Shown: one piece after another, positions 9,667 through 19,004 of the stretch
Position numbering within the stretch: position 1 is the first letter of the stretch
Layout: each line of letters begins with the position of its first letter
Origin: a virus
Taxonomy: Duplodnaviria; Caudoviricetes
Virus record (IMG/VR): IMGVR_UViG_3300046779_000186
Coordinates: 1-35,021 of that record
DNA: 35,021 nt
Strand: one strand, 5' to 3'
Program-made: the position numbers and the translations under genes
The notes under the pieces: model-generated
The model's database searches: none
Told to the model about the DNA's origin: nothing
What the model saw: only the letters and a program-made list of their open reading frames with translations

Positions 9667-9719
9667 GCCTCAAATCTTTAAAACTTGTGTTATAATATTA
9701 CTTTCAATAGGAGAATATT

Positions 9720-9911
9720 ATGGAACAACAACACCATTATGAAGATTATTCCCATACCCTTATCGAACAAGAAGAAATGCACTTTTATTCTTGTATTGCC
9801 GATGTCTTGGACGCCTTTAAAACTCACGGAGTAGACCATGTCCTCAATGAGATTGCCAAAAATACCGTTATGAAACAACAGCTTAGGGAGTGGCTTGCCA
9901 AACAGGCATAA
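9720..9911 (+). CDS. Small hypothetical protein (63 aa)
   Basis: AGGAG RBS and an upstream TGTTATAAT extended -10 (9688-9696). Confidence 0.7.
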   Translation: MEQQHHYEDYSHTLIEQEEMHFYSCIADVLDAFKTHGVDHVLNEIAKNTVMKQQLREWLAKQA

Positions 9912-9923
9912 TTGTGTTATAAT
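9895..9923 (+). promoter_or_regulatory. Early sigma70-type promoter
   Basis: TTGCCA-N17-TATAAT with an extended TG; near-identical to 12311-12339. Confidence 0.75.
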
Positions 9924-9955
9924 GGTAATTATTATAGTGGAAAAGTATATAAAAT

Positions 9956-12280
9956 ATGACATTTACAGTTGAACAAAAATCTCAATTAGCGAAGCTTCTT
10001 GCTACTGAAAATATTACAATCGAACACCAAAAGATTGCAACGGCTTCTTTTGACCCTAAGAATCGTGTTCTCTATTGTCCTATTTGGCAAGATATGTCTG
10101 GTTCACTGTATGACTTATTAATGGGTCATGAGGTCGGTCATGCTCTTTATACTCCTGCTGAAGGTTGGCATGATGCTGTATCAAATCGTGGTGCCAATTT
10201 TAAAGGTTTCTTAAATGTGGTTGAAGATGCCCGTATCGAAAAGAAAATTCGTAGAAAATATCCTGGTCTCCGTAACTCATTCGTTAAAGGTTATCAAGCA
10301 TTAATTGACAATAACTTTTTTGATGTTAAAGACCGTGATTTAAATGAATTGTGTTTTATTGACCGTGTTAATGTGCATACTAAACTTGGCTCATTAGTTG
10401 ATATTAAATTCGCTGAAGGTGAAGAACAAGACTTACTAAAACAAGTTGAAGCTTGCGAAACATGGAATGATGTGCTTCGTGTTACTGAAGCTATCTTCTC
10501 CTATTCGAAAGAAGAACAATATGAAACACTACAAAAACTAATTGCCTCTCAAATGCAAGCTGCGGCTGACCGTGGTGAAGAATTTGATTCTGATGATTTA
10601 TTTGATAGTGAATCTGATGGTGAAGAATTTGAAGAAGGCACACAATCAGTTGGTGAACAAAGAAATCCATCCAATGATGGTAATGAAGGTCAAGTAAAAC
10701 AAGCTTCTGGTGAATCAAACGAAGATGAATCTGAAGAAGATGAATCTTCACAAATACACCGTTTTAAAAATTCATCAAACTCATATGTTGACCAAACAAA
10801 CTTTGAACCTACTTGTGAAACTGATAAATCTTTCCGTAAAAACGAAGGCACCTTGTTAGATGAACAATGTAAACCTTATTTGTATTTGAAGTTGCCTACT
10901 CCTATTCTAGAAAACATTATTACACCTGTTAAAGATGTTCAAAGATTTCTAGGTGATTACTATGACAAGTATGAACTACGTGAGAATGAAATTGAAAAGG
11001 CTGTTGCTGAGTTTAAGAGTAAGAATGACCGTTACATCGGTTTACTTGCTAAAGAATTTGAAATGAAGAAAGCAGCTAAGGCATATGCCAAAGCTAAAGT
11101 ATCAAATACTGGTGATATTGATATCAACCGTTTATACAAATATCAAGTTGATGATAATATCTTCCGTAAATCAATGCGTGTGCCTAAAGGTAAATCGCAT
11201 GGTTTAGTGTTGTTACTTGACCGTTCAGGTTCTATGGTCAATAATATGGCTGGTTCAATTGAACAGATTTTGGTGTTATCTGCCTTCTGTCGCAAAGTGA
11301 ATATTCCTTTCGTGGTGTATGGTTTTGGTAATGCTGTTGAAGGTCGTATGTATGACTATGGTAAAGATGAATATTCTAAGAAATGTTTTACTGAAAATCG
11401 TAATGAATTTGCCTTTGAAAATGTTTACTTGCGTGAGTATCTTAACTCTAAGATGAGTGGTGCTGATTACAATAGAGCTCTACGCAACATGATTGCATTG
11501 AAAATGTCATATGAGCAACGTTACTTTGGTCGTCCACAAAATGAAACGTTATCTAATACACCGTTGAATGAAGCAATGGTTGCTTTAGAACCGATTGTTA
11601 ATCAGTTCCGCAAAGTGAACAATTTAGATTTGATTAACTTAGTTGTAGTTCATGACGGTGATGCCGATAACTCATGTAGTTATATGACCGATAATGATAT
11701 GACACCTGAATCTAATGTATTGCGCTCTAAACGATTCTGGTTAGATGAGAGTAATGTAATTATCAATCACGGTAAGCAACAGTTGAAGGTTAATAAAGTT
11801 ATGCACGACCATTACAATTATGATGATGGTATGCGTATTGCTATATTCGACTGGTTCAAAAAACAAACTGGTGCTAAGATTTTTGGTTTCTTTATTGCTG
11901 GTGACAAATATCGTCAACGTGATTCTGTAACTCAGAGATTTGTTAATGAAAACGGCCAAACAGTTTATTCAATTGTGAAGAAACAATTTAGTGAATCAGG
12001 TGTAACCAATTATAGATATATCAATTATAGTAAGAGTGATTATGTTAAAGAATTGGTAAGTGAAATGCGTGAAAATAAATTCATCCAATCATATAATAAA
12101 GGTTATGAATCATTCTTTATTATGCCTGGTGGTTCTGACTTGTCTATTGAAAATGATGAATTGGTTATCAATGGTACAGTTACGGCAAATAAATTGAAGA
12201 ATGCCTTTATGAAAATGAACAAGAAAAAACAGTTTTCCCGTGTGCTGGTATCACGGTTCATAGATGGTATCGCTGCCTAA
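9956..12280 (+). CDS. CobT-like protein: HExxH metallopeptidase-like N-domain, acidic linker, VWA domain
   Basis: HEVGH and NVVEDARIE; E/D-rich linker; LLLDRSGSM MIDAS, TPL and HDGD motifs; adjacent to a MoxR ATPase. Confidence 0.85.
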   Translation: MTFTVEQKSQLAKLLATENITIEHQKIATASFDPKNRVLYCPIWQDMSGSLYDLLMGHEVGHALYTPAEGWHDAVSNRGANFKGFLNVVEDARIEKKIRRKYPGLRNSFVKGYQALIDNNFFDVKDRDLNELCFIDRVNVHTKLGSLVDIKFAEGEEQDLLKQVEACETWNDVLRVTEAIFSYSKEEQYETLQKLIASQMQAAADRGEEFDSDDLFDSESDGEEFEEGTQSVGEQRNPSNDGNEGQVKQASGESNEDESEEDESSQIHRFKNSSNSYVDQTNFEPTCETDKSFRKNEGTLLDEQCKPYLYLKLPTPILENIITPVKDVQRFLGDYYDKYELRENEIEKAVAEFKSKNDRYIGLLAKEFEMKKAAKAYAKAKVSNTGDIDINRLYKYQVDDNIFRKSMRVPKGKSHGLVLLLDRSGSMVNNMAGSIEQILVLSAFCRKVNIPFVVYGFGNAVEGRMYDYGKDEYSKKCFTENRNEFAFENVYLREYLNSKMSGADYNRALRNMIALKMSYEQRYFGRPQNETLSNTPLNEAMVALEPIVNQFRKVNNLDLINLVVVHDGDADNSCSYMTDNDMTPESNVLRSKRFWLDESNVIINHGKQQLKVNKVMHDHYNYDDGMRIAIFDWFKKQTGAKIFGFFIAGDKYRQRDSVTQRFVNENGQTVYSIVKKQFSESGVTNYRYINYSKSDYVKELVSEMRENKFIQSYNKGYESFFIMPGGSDLSIENDELVINGTVTANKLKNAFMKMNKKKQFSRVLVSRFIDGIAA

Positions 12281-12304
12281 GCTCTTGATTTTTAAGAGCT
12301 TTTT
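12279..12304 (+). terminator. Probable terminator hairpin
   Basis: AAGCTCTT...AAGAGCTT followed by TTT at the CDS end. Confidence 0.6.
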
Positions 12305-12310
12305 AGCTGG

Positions 12311-12339
12311 TTGCCAAATGGTATGAATTGTGTTATAAT
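12311..12339 (+). promoter_or_regulatory. Early sigma70-type promoter
   Basis: TTGCCA-N17-TATAAT with an extended TG. Confidence 0.75.
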
Positions 12340-12374
12340 GGTAGTATCTAGTGAAAAATGGAGTTTTATATATT

Positions 12375-13595
12375 ATGCGTAATGTGAATTTGTCTGCTCG
12401 TGAAAAATTTGTTAAGGTTGCGGTTAAGACTGGTAAAGAATTTTTAACTTTACAAGAGCTTCGTGCCTTATGTGATAAAAACGATTTAAAGTTCCCACAA
12501 TGGTATGCTAAGGATATGTCTTATCGTGCTGGTCGTGGTTTATATCGTGTGCCTATTGAATTAGTATCTGGTGCTTCTACACCTGCACCTGTTGTTGAAA
12601 CTGTTAATATGACTGCTCAGGTTGTAAAAATGCCAACTGAAAAAATCTCCCACGGTAATCGTATTACCAATGTCGTAACTGATTTAGAGACCGAAGATTT
12701 GGTTCCTAAAACTTATAAAAATTATGTGCCGTTTGGTAACTTTGATGATTTAGTATCAATCGTAGCAAGTAAAAAATTCTACCCTATCTTTATTACTGGT
12801 CATTCTGGTAATGGTAAAACAATGTCTGCTGAGCAGGCTTGTGCTAAACTTGGTCGTAAATTCGTTTGCGTATCCATGACACCCGAAACCGATGAATCAG
12901 ATTTACTTGGTAACTTTGTATTGATTAATGGTCAGATGGAATGGCGTGATGGTCCCGTTACCGTTGCGGCTAGACAAGGTGCCGTATTATGTATTGATGA
13001 GATTGACTATGGTGCTCAAAACTTATCTTGCCTACAGCGTGTGCTTGAGGGTAAACCATTCTTGTTGAAAAAGAAAAATGAAATGGTTGTACCTGCTGAA
13101 GGTTTTACTATCATCGCTACTGCCAATACTAAAGGCAAGGGTTCTGATGATGGTCGTTATATGTTTACTAACGTATTGAATGAAGCCTTCTTGGAACGAT
13201 TCCTAAACACTTATGAACAAGACTGGCCACCAGTTGCTATTGAGCGTAAGATTATCAAAAAAGAATTGACTAATCATGGCAAGACTGATGATGAATTTGC
13301 CGAAAAGTTGGTTACTTGGGCTGATGTAATTCGCAAAACCTTTGTTGAGGGTGGTGTTGACGAAGTGATTTCTACCCGCCGTTTGGTTCATATTGCAAAA
13401 ACTTATGGTGTATTTGGCACTAGAATGAAGGCAATTGAATTGTGTTTGAATCGTTTTGATGATGATACTAAGGCAAGTTTCTTAGACCTATACACTAAGG
13501 TAGATGCTGGTGCCAATACTGAAACTATTATGGCTCAGTCTGCCGAAAGTAATGTTGAACCAATTGACCAACCAACACCTGATGCCATATTCTAA
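12375..13595 (+). CDS. cobS: CobS-like MoxR-family AAA+ ATPase
   Basis: GHSGNGKT, CIDEID, ATANTKGKG, LNEAFLERF and ISTRRL motifs; this family is commonly labelled cobS in T4-like phages. ATG 12375 follows a GGAG RBS. Confidence 0.88.
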   Translation: MRNVNLSAREKFVKVAVKTGKEFLTLQELRALCDKNDLKFPQWYAKDMSYRAGRGLYRVPIELVSGASTPAPVVETVNMTAQVVKMPTEKISHGNRITNVVTDLETEDLVPKTYKNYVPFGNFDDLVSIVASKKFYPIFITGHSGNGKTMSAEQACAKLGRKFVCVSMTPETDESDLLGNFVLINGQMEWRDGPVTVAARQGAVLCIDEIDYGAQNLSCLQRVLEGKPFLLKKKNEMVVPAEGFTIIATANTKGKGSDDGRYMFTNVLNEAFLERFLNTYEQDWPPVAIERKIIKKELTNHGKTDDEFAEKLVTWADVIRKTFVEGGVDEVISTRRLVHIAKTYGVFGTRMKAIELCLNRFDDDTKASFLDLYTKVDAGANTETIMAQSAESNVEPIDQPTPDAIF

Positions 13596-13627
13596 GGCAA
13601 ATGTGAGTATGTCTGCCTTAAAAACGC

Positions 13628-13656
13628 TTGACATACTACTGTAATAATGTTATTAT
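13628..13656 (+). promoter_or_regulatory. Sigma70-type promoter
   Basis: TTGACA-N17-TATTAT with an extended TG. Confidence 0.75.
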
Positions 13657-13663
13657 TATACAT

Positions 13664-13708
13664 ATCTGAGGTTTGGACTACACCTTAGATTCTTTTGAAA
13701 GTAGTTCA
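13664..13708 (+). promoter_or_regulatory. H-type pseudoknot in the 5' leader of the wHTH gene
   Basis: S1 ATCTGAGGT/ACCTTAGAT (13664-72/13682-90); S2 TGGACTAC/GTAGTTCA (13674-81/13701-08). Confidence 0.6.
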
Positions 13709-13731
13709 TTTATAAATTATGGAGTTTTACA

Positions 13732-14004
13732 ATGTCTGCAAAATCTAAAGTATTAGCTTACCTTTCAAAGGACAGCGCTTATAACACACTAACAGCTGCT
13801 AAGATGCAATCTGTATTTGGTGTTCAAAATCCTTCAGCAACAATTGACACGTTGCGTAAAGAAGGTCACGCTATCTATTTGAATACACGCATTAACGCAA
13901 ACGGTGAGAAAGTTTCTTTCTATCGTTTAGGCACACCAACTAAGCGTATGGTTGCCGCTGGTATCTTGGCACTACGCCAACACGGTATCGCAACATTCGC
14001 CTAA
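13732..14004 (+). CDS. Small winged helix-turn-helix DNA-binding protein
   Basis: KVLAYL...LTAAKMQSVFGVQNPSATIDTLRKEGHAI...FYRLG fits a wHTH pattern. Confidence 0.7.
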   Translation: MSAKSKVLAYLSKDSAYNTLTAAKMQSVFGVQNPSATIDTLRKEGHAIYLNTRINANGEKVSFYRLGTPTKRMVAAGILALRQHGIATFA

Positions 14005-14025
14005 TTTAGAGGCGTTTCACTAGAT

Positions 14026-14061
14026 GAGGAGAGATATATATTAGTATCTCTCCTCTTTTTT
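14026..14061 (+). terminator. Rho-independent terminator
   Basis: GAGGAGAGATA/TATCTCTCCTC 11-bp stem plus T6. Confidence 0.88.
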
Positions 14062-14077
14062 ATTATATGGATACATT

Positions 14078-14893
14078 ATGGAAATCAAAGTCAAAGTTGA
14101 TGATTTGAAACTTAATAAACTATTCGTGGCAACACCGATGTATGGTGGTATGAATCACGGTATGTATATGAAGTCTTGTTTAGATTTACAATCCATTTTA
14201 ACACGATACGGTGTTGAAGTGAAATTTTCTTTCTTATTCAATGAATCACTTATCACACGAGCTCGTAACTACCTAGTTGATGAGTTCCTCCGTTCGGAAT
14301 GCACACATATGTTGTTCATTGATTCCGACATTCATTTCAACCCACAAGATGTTATTGCTTTGATGGCTTTAGATAAAGATGTTATTGGTGCACCTTATCC
14401 TAAAAAATCAATTAATTGGGGTGCAGTCGCTTCAGCCGCAAGAAAACATCCTGATATGGAACCACGAGAACTTGAAACCTTAGTTGGTGAATATGTTTTC
14501 AATGTGGTAAAAGGCACATCACAATTCTCTGTGACAGAACCATTAGAAGTTATGGAAATCGGCACAGGCTTTATGATGATTAAACGTGATGTGTTTAAGA
14601 AGATGGAAGAAGCCTATCCATTGATTCGTTATAAACCAGACCATGTTGGCCAAGCTAACTTTGACGGTACTCGTTACATTCATGCTTACTTTGATACAGT
14701 AATTGATACTAAAGATAGTATGACTGGTGGTGGTTCAGACCGTTATCTAAGTGAAGATTATATGTTCTGTCAGATGTGGCGAAAGATTGGTGGAGAAATC
14801 TATCTATGTCCTTGGATGAAAACACAACACATTGGTACATATGCCTTTACAGGTAATATGCCTAAGATTGCACAATACACAGGTAAACTATGA
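14078..14893 (+). CDS. GT-A fold glycosyltransferase-like protein
   Basis: ATPMYGG, ESLITRARN, LFIDSDI (DxD), GTGFMMIKR and LSEDYMFC motifs. Confidence 0.8.
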   Translation: MEIKVKVDDLKLNKLFVATPMYGGMNHGMYMKSCLDLQSILTRYGVEVKFSFLFNESLITRARNYLVDEFLRSECTHMLFIDSDIHFNPQDVIALMALDKDVIGAPYPKKSINWGAVASAARKHPDMEPRELETLVGEYVFNVVKGTSQFSVTEPLEVMEIGTGFMMIKRDVFKKMEEAYPLIRYKPDHVGQANFDGTRYIHAYFDTVIDTKDSMTGGGSDRYLSEDYMFCQMWRKIGGEIYLCPWMKTQHIGTYAFTGNMPKIAQYTGKL

Positions 14894-15516
14894 TTATTGG
14901 TTTGGTAGGATTTATCGGTTCTGGTAAAGGAACTGTTGGTGATATCCTTGAACAAAAAGGATTCGTTAAAGATAGTTTTGCCAAACCATTGAAAGATGCC
15001 TGTTCGGTTATGTTTGGTTGGCCGAGAGAGATGCTTGAGGGTGACACCGAAGTATCTCGTAAATGGCGTGAAGAACCAGATGTATACTGGAGTGAAAAAT
15101 TTGGCAAAGAGTTCTCTCCTCGCCTTGCCCTACAACTGATGGGAACTGAAGCTGGCAGAAATGTATTTCACAAGGATATTTGGGTTATTTCATTATTGAA
15201 TCGTTCTAAAGGTAAAGATGTTGTTGTTACCGATGTCCGATTCCAAAATGAAATCAAATTCATACAAGATAATGGTGGTATTGTTATTCGTGTGAAACGA
15301 GGTGAAGAACCTGTTTGGTATCAGGATGCTTTGAATGTTAAAGCTGGTACCAAGAACATGAGTTATTCTCTTAGTAAAAACAATCTAAAACAATTGGGTA
15401 TTCACCAATCTGAAACCGATTGGATTGGTTCTGATTTTGATTATGTTATTGAGAATAACGGCACAATCAATGATTTAGGCAATAAAGTGAATGAGCTGTT
15501 GCAGTTCATTCGATAA
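14890..15516 (+). CDS. Deoxynucleoside monophosphate kinase (T4 gp1-like)
   Basis: GFIGSGKGT P-loop, FAKPLKD, PRLALQLMGTE, DVRFQNE and HQSE motifs. Confidence 0.9.
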   Translation: MIIGLVGFIGSGKGTVGDILEQKGFVKDSFAKPLKDACSVMFGWPREMLEGDTEVSRKWREEPDVYWSEKFGKEFSPRLALQLMGTEAGRNVFHKDIWVISLLNRSKGKDVVVTDVRFQNEIKFIQDNGGIVIRVKRGEEPVWYQDALNVKAGTKNMSYSLSKNNLKQLGIHQSETDWIGSDFDYVIENNGTINDLGNKVNELLQFIR

Positions 15517-15527
15517 TGTAGTATAAT
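15499..15527 (+). promoter_or_regulatory. Sigma70-type promoter for the gp45 operon
   Basis: TTGCAG-N17-TATAAT. Confidence 0.55.
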
Positions 15528-15554
15528 TATTATGAATTTAACTTGGAGTATATT

Positions 15555-16235
15555 ATGAAACTATCTAACGATACATTGAACATTTTGAAAAACTTTGCTA
15601 GTATTAACTCAGGCATCGTATTCAATCAAGGCAAAACAATCAAAACAATTTCTGGTAACAAGAATATTCTTGCGGAAGCCACCATCACTGAAGAAATTCC
15701 AGTAGAGTTTGGTGTTTATGATTTAAATAACTTTTTGACAGTATTATCACTACACAAAGAAGAACCAGTAATTGACTTTGGTGATAAGATGGCTGTTATT
15801 TCTGGTCTTTCAGGTCGTAGTCGTTTGAACTATCGATTCTGTGACCCTACAATGGTTGTAGCACCTCCTGCAAAACCAATCGCTATGCCTGACCCTGAGA
15901 TTGCATTTGAATTATCTGATTCTGATTTAGATTGGGTGATTCGTTCATCATCAGTATTGAGTTCACCTAACATCGCTGTTGTATCTGACGGCTCTAAAGT
16001 ATCATTACAGTGTTTTGATGCAACCAACGATTCAGCTTCAACGAACACACTTGATGTTGCTGATGGCAACGGTGACCGTTTCAAAATGATTTTTAAAACT
16101 GAAGCATTGAAGATGATTCCTGGTTCTTACGATGTTCGCATTTCATCAAGAGGTGTTTCACATTTCCGCAACAAAGCAAAAGACTTACAATATTGGATTA
16201 CAACAGAAGCCGGTTCTACTTTCACTAAGGCTTAA
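15555..16235 (+). CDS. gp45: Sliding clamp gp45
   Basis: MKLSNDTLNILKNFASINSGI, FGVYDLNNFL, LKMIPGSYDV and LQYWITTE motifs. Confidence 0.95.
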   Translation: MKLSNDTLNILKNFASINSGIVFNQGKTIKTISGNKNILAEATITEEIPVEFGVYDLNNFLTVLSLHKEEPVIDFGDKMAVISGLSGRSRLNYRFCDPTMVVAPPAKPIAMPDPEIAFELSDSDLDWVIRSSSVLSSPNIAVVSDGSKVSLQCFDATNDSASTNTLDVADGNGDRFKMIFKTEALKMIPGSYDVRISSRGVSHFRNKAKDLQYWITTEAGSTFTKA

Positions 16236-16236
16236 T

Positions 16237-16416
16237 ATGTTAGTTACCTTTCAGAAGTATTCCGGAGGTGTAGTTGCAATTAATCCTAGATTTGTTATGA
16301 TGATTGAAGAATCTAAGAGTGGTACTAACATCATTATGTCTGATGGTGGTACCACCAGAGTTACCGAATCATATCTCAATGTTGTAGGCATCGTTCAAGG
16401 TCAACTGAACAATTGA
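16237..16416 (+). CDS. Small FlbD/SwrD-like beta-rich protein (59 aa)
   Basis: MLVTFQKYSGGVVAINPRFVMMIEE...TNIIMSDG...VTES resembles the FlbD pattern; ATG directly after the gp45 stop. Confidence 0.55.
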   Translation: MLVTFQKYSGGVVAINPRFVMMIEESKSGTNIIMSDGGTTRVTESYLNVVGIVQGQLNN

Positions 16417-16446
16417 TTTTTTTATTTTATATTATGAGGCTTTGTG

Positions 16447-17379
16447 ATGGAACATTTATTGTGGACAGAGGCGTATCGTCCTAAAACTATCGCTGACTGT
16501 ATTCTACCTGAACGGTTAAAGAAACCGTTTCAGGAATACGTCAATCAAAAAAATATTCCCAATCTTCTTCTTGCAGGTGGTGCTGGTGTAGGTAAAACTA
16601 CTGTCGCCAAAGCCATGTGTGAGGAGATTGGTTGTGATTATATGGTCATTAACGGTTCTGATGAATCTGGTATTGATACTTTTCGTAACAAGATTAAAAC
16701 ATATGCTTCCAGTATGTCATTGTCTGGTGGTCGTAAAGTTATCATCATCGATGAGGCAGACTATCTAAATCCCAATTCAACTCAACCTGCTTTACGTAAT
16801 GCGATTGAAGAATTCGCAAGTAACTGTTCATTCATTTTTACTTGTAACTTTAAGAATCGTATCATTGACCCACTACACAGTCGTTGTGCTGTGATTGATT
16901 TTGGTTTGAAGAATGATGAGAAGTCTGAAATGGCTGGTCAATTCTTTAAACGGGTTAGTGGTATTTTACAAAGTGAAAAAGTTGAGTTTGAACCTAAAGT
17001 AATTGCTGAACTTGTTAAGAAACACTTTCCTGATTTTCGTAGAGTGATTAATGAGTTACAAAGATTTTCAAAGTTTGGTAAGATTGATACTGGTGTTCTT
17101 GCACAAATCGGTGATGTATCTATTTCTGAAATCGTAAAACACTTAAAAGAAAAAGACTTTGGTTCTATTCGTAAATGGGTTGCAACAACAGATGTGGATG
17201 CTACTACACTCTATCGTAAAATCTATGACAATCTTTATGATGTTTTGAAACCTCAATCTATTCCACAGGCAGTTGTAATCTTGGCTGACTATCAATATAA
17301 ACAAGCGTTTGTTGCTGACCAAGAAATCAATACAGTGGCTTGTTTGACTGAGTTGATGGTATCTGTGGAGTTCAAATGA
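16447..17379 (+). CDS. gp44: Clamp loader ATPase subunit gp44
   Basis: LWTEAYRP, GGAGVGKTT, IIDEAD, SRC and FPDFRR motifs. Confidence 0.96.
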   Translation: MEHLLWTEAYRPKTIADCILPERLKKPFQEYVNQKNIPNLLLAGGAGVGKTTVAKAMCEEIGCDYMVINGSDESGIDTFRNKIKTYASSMSLSGGRKVIIIDEADYLNPNSTQPALRNAIEEFASNCSFIFTCNFKNRIIDPLHSRCAVIDFGLKNDEKSEMAGQFFKRVSGILQSEKVEFEPKVIAELVKKHFPDFRRVINELQRFSKFGKIDTGVLAQIGDVSISEIVKHLKEKDFGSIRKWVATTDVDATTLYRKIYDNLYDVLKPQSIPQAVVILADYQYKQAFVADQEINTVACLTELMVSVEFK

Positions 17380-17924
17380 ATACAACATTAACCGGTGGTG
17401 ATTTGTTGGGTTGGTTTAAGTTTGATGAAATATACAATTTTTCAAACAATATCGATTCGGCCGTATATTCTTTTGGCGTTTTTGATAAAGTTCCCGATAA
17501 GTATGCTTTACCAATTTCTCAGAAAGAAGTTCTTTACATTGGTCAAACCGGTGGTAAAGAAAAGACCTTTGATAAGAAAGACAAAGAAACTGGTCGAGGT
17601 CGTTTAGAAACAACTTTCCATAGTAGGATGTTGCAACACGCTTCAAGAGATAAGATTAAACAGATTAAAGAAAATATAGACACACACAAAGTATTGTGTG
17701 TTTACTTAATCACACCAAAAAAATGGATGGAAATAACTCAAATCAAACAATGGTTGCTTGCTTCAGAGAGTGAAATGATTGGATGTTACGGACAAATTTT
17801 TGGAGATGCACCATTTTATAATCTTCAACATCGCTCCGATAATACAACTGTTGATGATTTATCATTTTCTCAACTTATGGTTAAAAAAATTAAAGATAAC
17901 AGTTTGGATAAATTTTATGATTGA
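17376..17924 (+). CDS. GIY-YIG-like nuclease-family protein
   Basis: AVY...LYIGQT, later R (SRMLQH), E (SESEMI) and PFYN. Confidence 0.55.
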   Translation: MNTTLTGGDLLGWFKFDEIYNFSNNIDSAVYSFGVFDKVPDKYALPISQKEVLYIGQTGGKEKTFDKKDKETGRGRLETTFHSRMLQHASRDKIKQIKENIDTHKVLCVYLITPKKWMEITQIKQWLLASESEMIGCYGQIFGDAPFYNLQHRSDNTTVDDLSFSQLMVKKIKDNSLDKFYD

Positions 17925-18201
17925 ATATATAAAACCTACCATTGAATGGATTAAAGATGACTGGATTTCAAATCGTTTTCGTTTTATTGTGGAGTTGCTT
18001 GCTTGGGCTATTAGTATCGGTTGTAGTATCACGATGGCGCTCACTGTCCCCAATCCACCCTTGCTTATTCTCTATCCTATTTGGATTAGTGGTTGTGCCA
18101 TGTATGCTTGGGCTGCTTATACTAGGAAATCTTTTGGGATGTTGGCTAACTATGTCTTGTTAACCACTATTGATACTATTGGATTGGTGAGGATGTTATG
18201 A
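17917..18201 (+). CDS. Small membrane protein (about 3 TM helices)
   Basis: Three hydrophobic segments; ATG 17917 overlaps the preceding gene end, and the stop overlaps the gp62 start. Confidence 0.7.
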   Translation: MIEYIKPTIEWIKDDWISNRFRFIVELLAWAISIGCSITMALTVPNPPLLILYPIWISGCAMYAWAAYTRKSFGMLANYVLLTTIDTIGLVRML

Positions 18202-18584
18202 GTAGTCCTTTTGATTATGTAAATTCGATTTTACAAAATAAGACACAGATGATGGTCGATGATGCCACCGAGGCAGCCTATGTTCCATTCTTGGTTAATC
18301 GTAGTCTATCCTACCATATGGACACGATTCCTTTCGCAAATGAAATGAACCGCAGACACTTTATTGATAAGAAAATGCAGTTTGATTTTTTACTAAATAC
18401 AGTAAGGTCAAAGAAACGACCTTTTGCGAAGTGGGCAAAACCTGAGAAAAATGATGATTTATCATGTATTAAACAAGTTTACGGTTTCTCAGATACCAAA
18501 GCTCGTGATGCTTTACGCCTACTAAGTGATGAACAAATCCAAAAACTAAAAGAACAAACCGATACCGGTGGATTGAGGAAATAA
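18198..18584 (+). CDS. gp62: Clamp loader small subunit gp62
   Basis: PFDYVNSI, YVPFLVNRSLS, ANEMN, QFDFL and KRPFAKWAK motifs; precedes regA. Confidence 0.92.
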   Translation: MSSPFDYVNSILQNKTQMMVDDATEAAYVPFLVNRSLSYHMDTIPFANEMNRRHFIDKKMQFDFLLNTVRSKKRPFAKWAKPEKNDDLSCIKQVYGFSDTKARDALRLLSDEQIQKLKEQTDTGGLRK

Positions 18585-18585
18585 C

Positions 18586-18990
18586 ATGGTAGACCTATCA
18601 ACTTTTGTTGAAGTGAAACTAAATGAACAAGATGATTTTTTAAAGGTACGAGAAACTCTGACCCGTATCGGTGTATCATCACGCAAAGAAAAGGTATTAT
18701 ACCAGTCTTGTCATATACTTCACAAGCAAGGACAGTATTATATTGTGCATTTTAAAGAATTGTTTGCCTTAGATGGTAAGCCTTCTAACATATCTGAGAA
18801 TGACATTCAACGCAGGAATGCTATTGCAAATTTGCTAGAAGAATGGGGTTTGATTACGATTGTTAACCCACAAATTATGGTTGACAATATCGCACCTATT
18901 CATCAGATTAAAATCATTTCATATCGTGAAAAAGACGAGTGGGAATTAATTAGTAAATATAATATCGGTAAGAAAAAAACCGATTATTGA
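18586..18990 (+). CDS. regA: Translational repressor RegA
   Basis: DDFLKVRETLTRIGV, LYQSCHILHKQG, YIVHFKELF and RRNAIANLL motifs. Confidence 0.97.
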   Translation: MVDLSTFVEVKLNEQDDFLKVRETLTRIGVSSRKEKVLYQSCHILHKQGQYYIVHFKELFALDGKPSNISENDIQRRNAIANLLEEWGLITIVNPQIMVDNIAPIHQIKIISYREKDEWELISKYNIGKKKTDY

Positions 18991-18998
18991 TATAAATA
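18991..18998 (+). promoter_or_regulatory. T4-type late promoter
   Basis: Exact TATAAATA right after the regA stop. Confidence 0.75.
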
Positions 18999-19004
18999 AT
19001 TATT

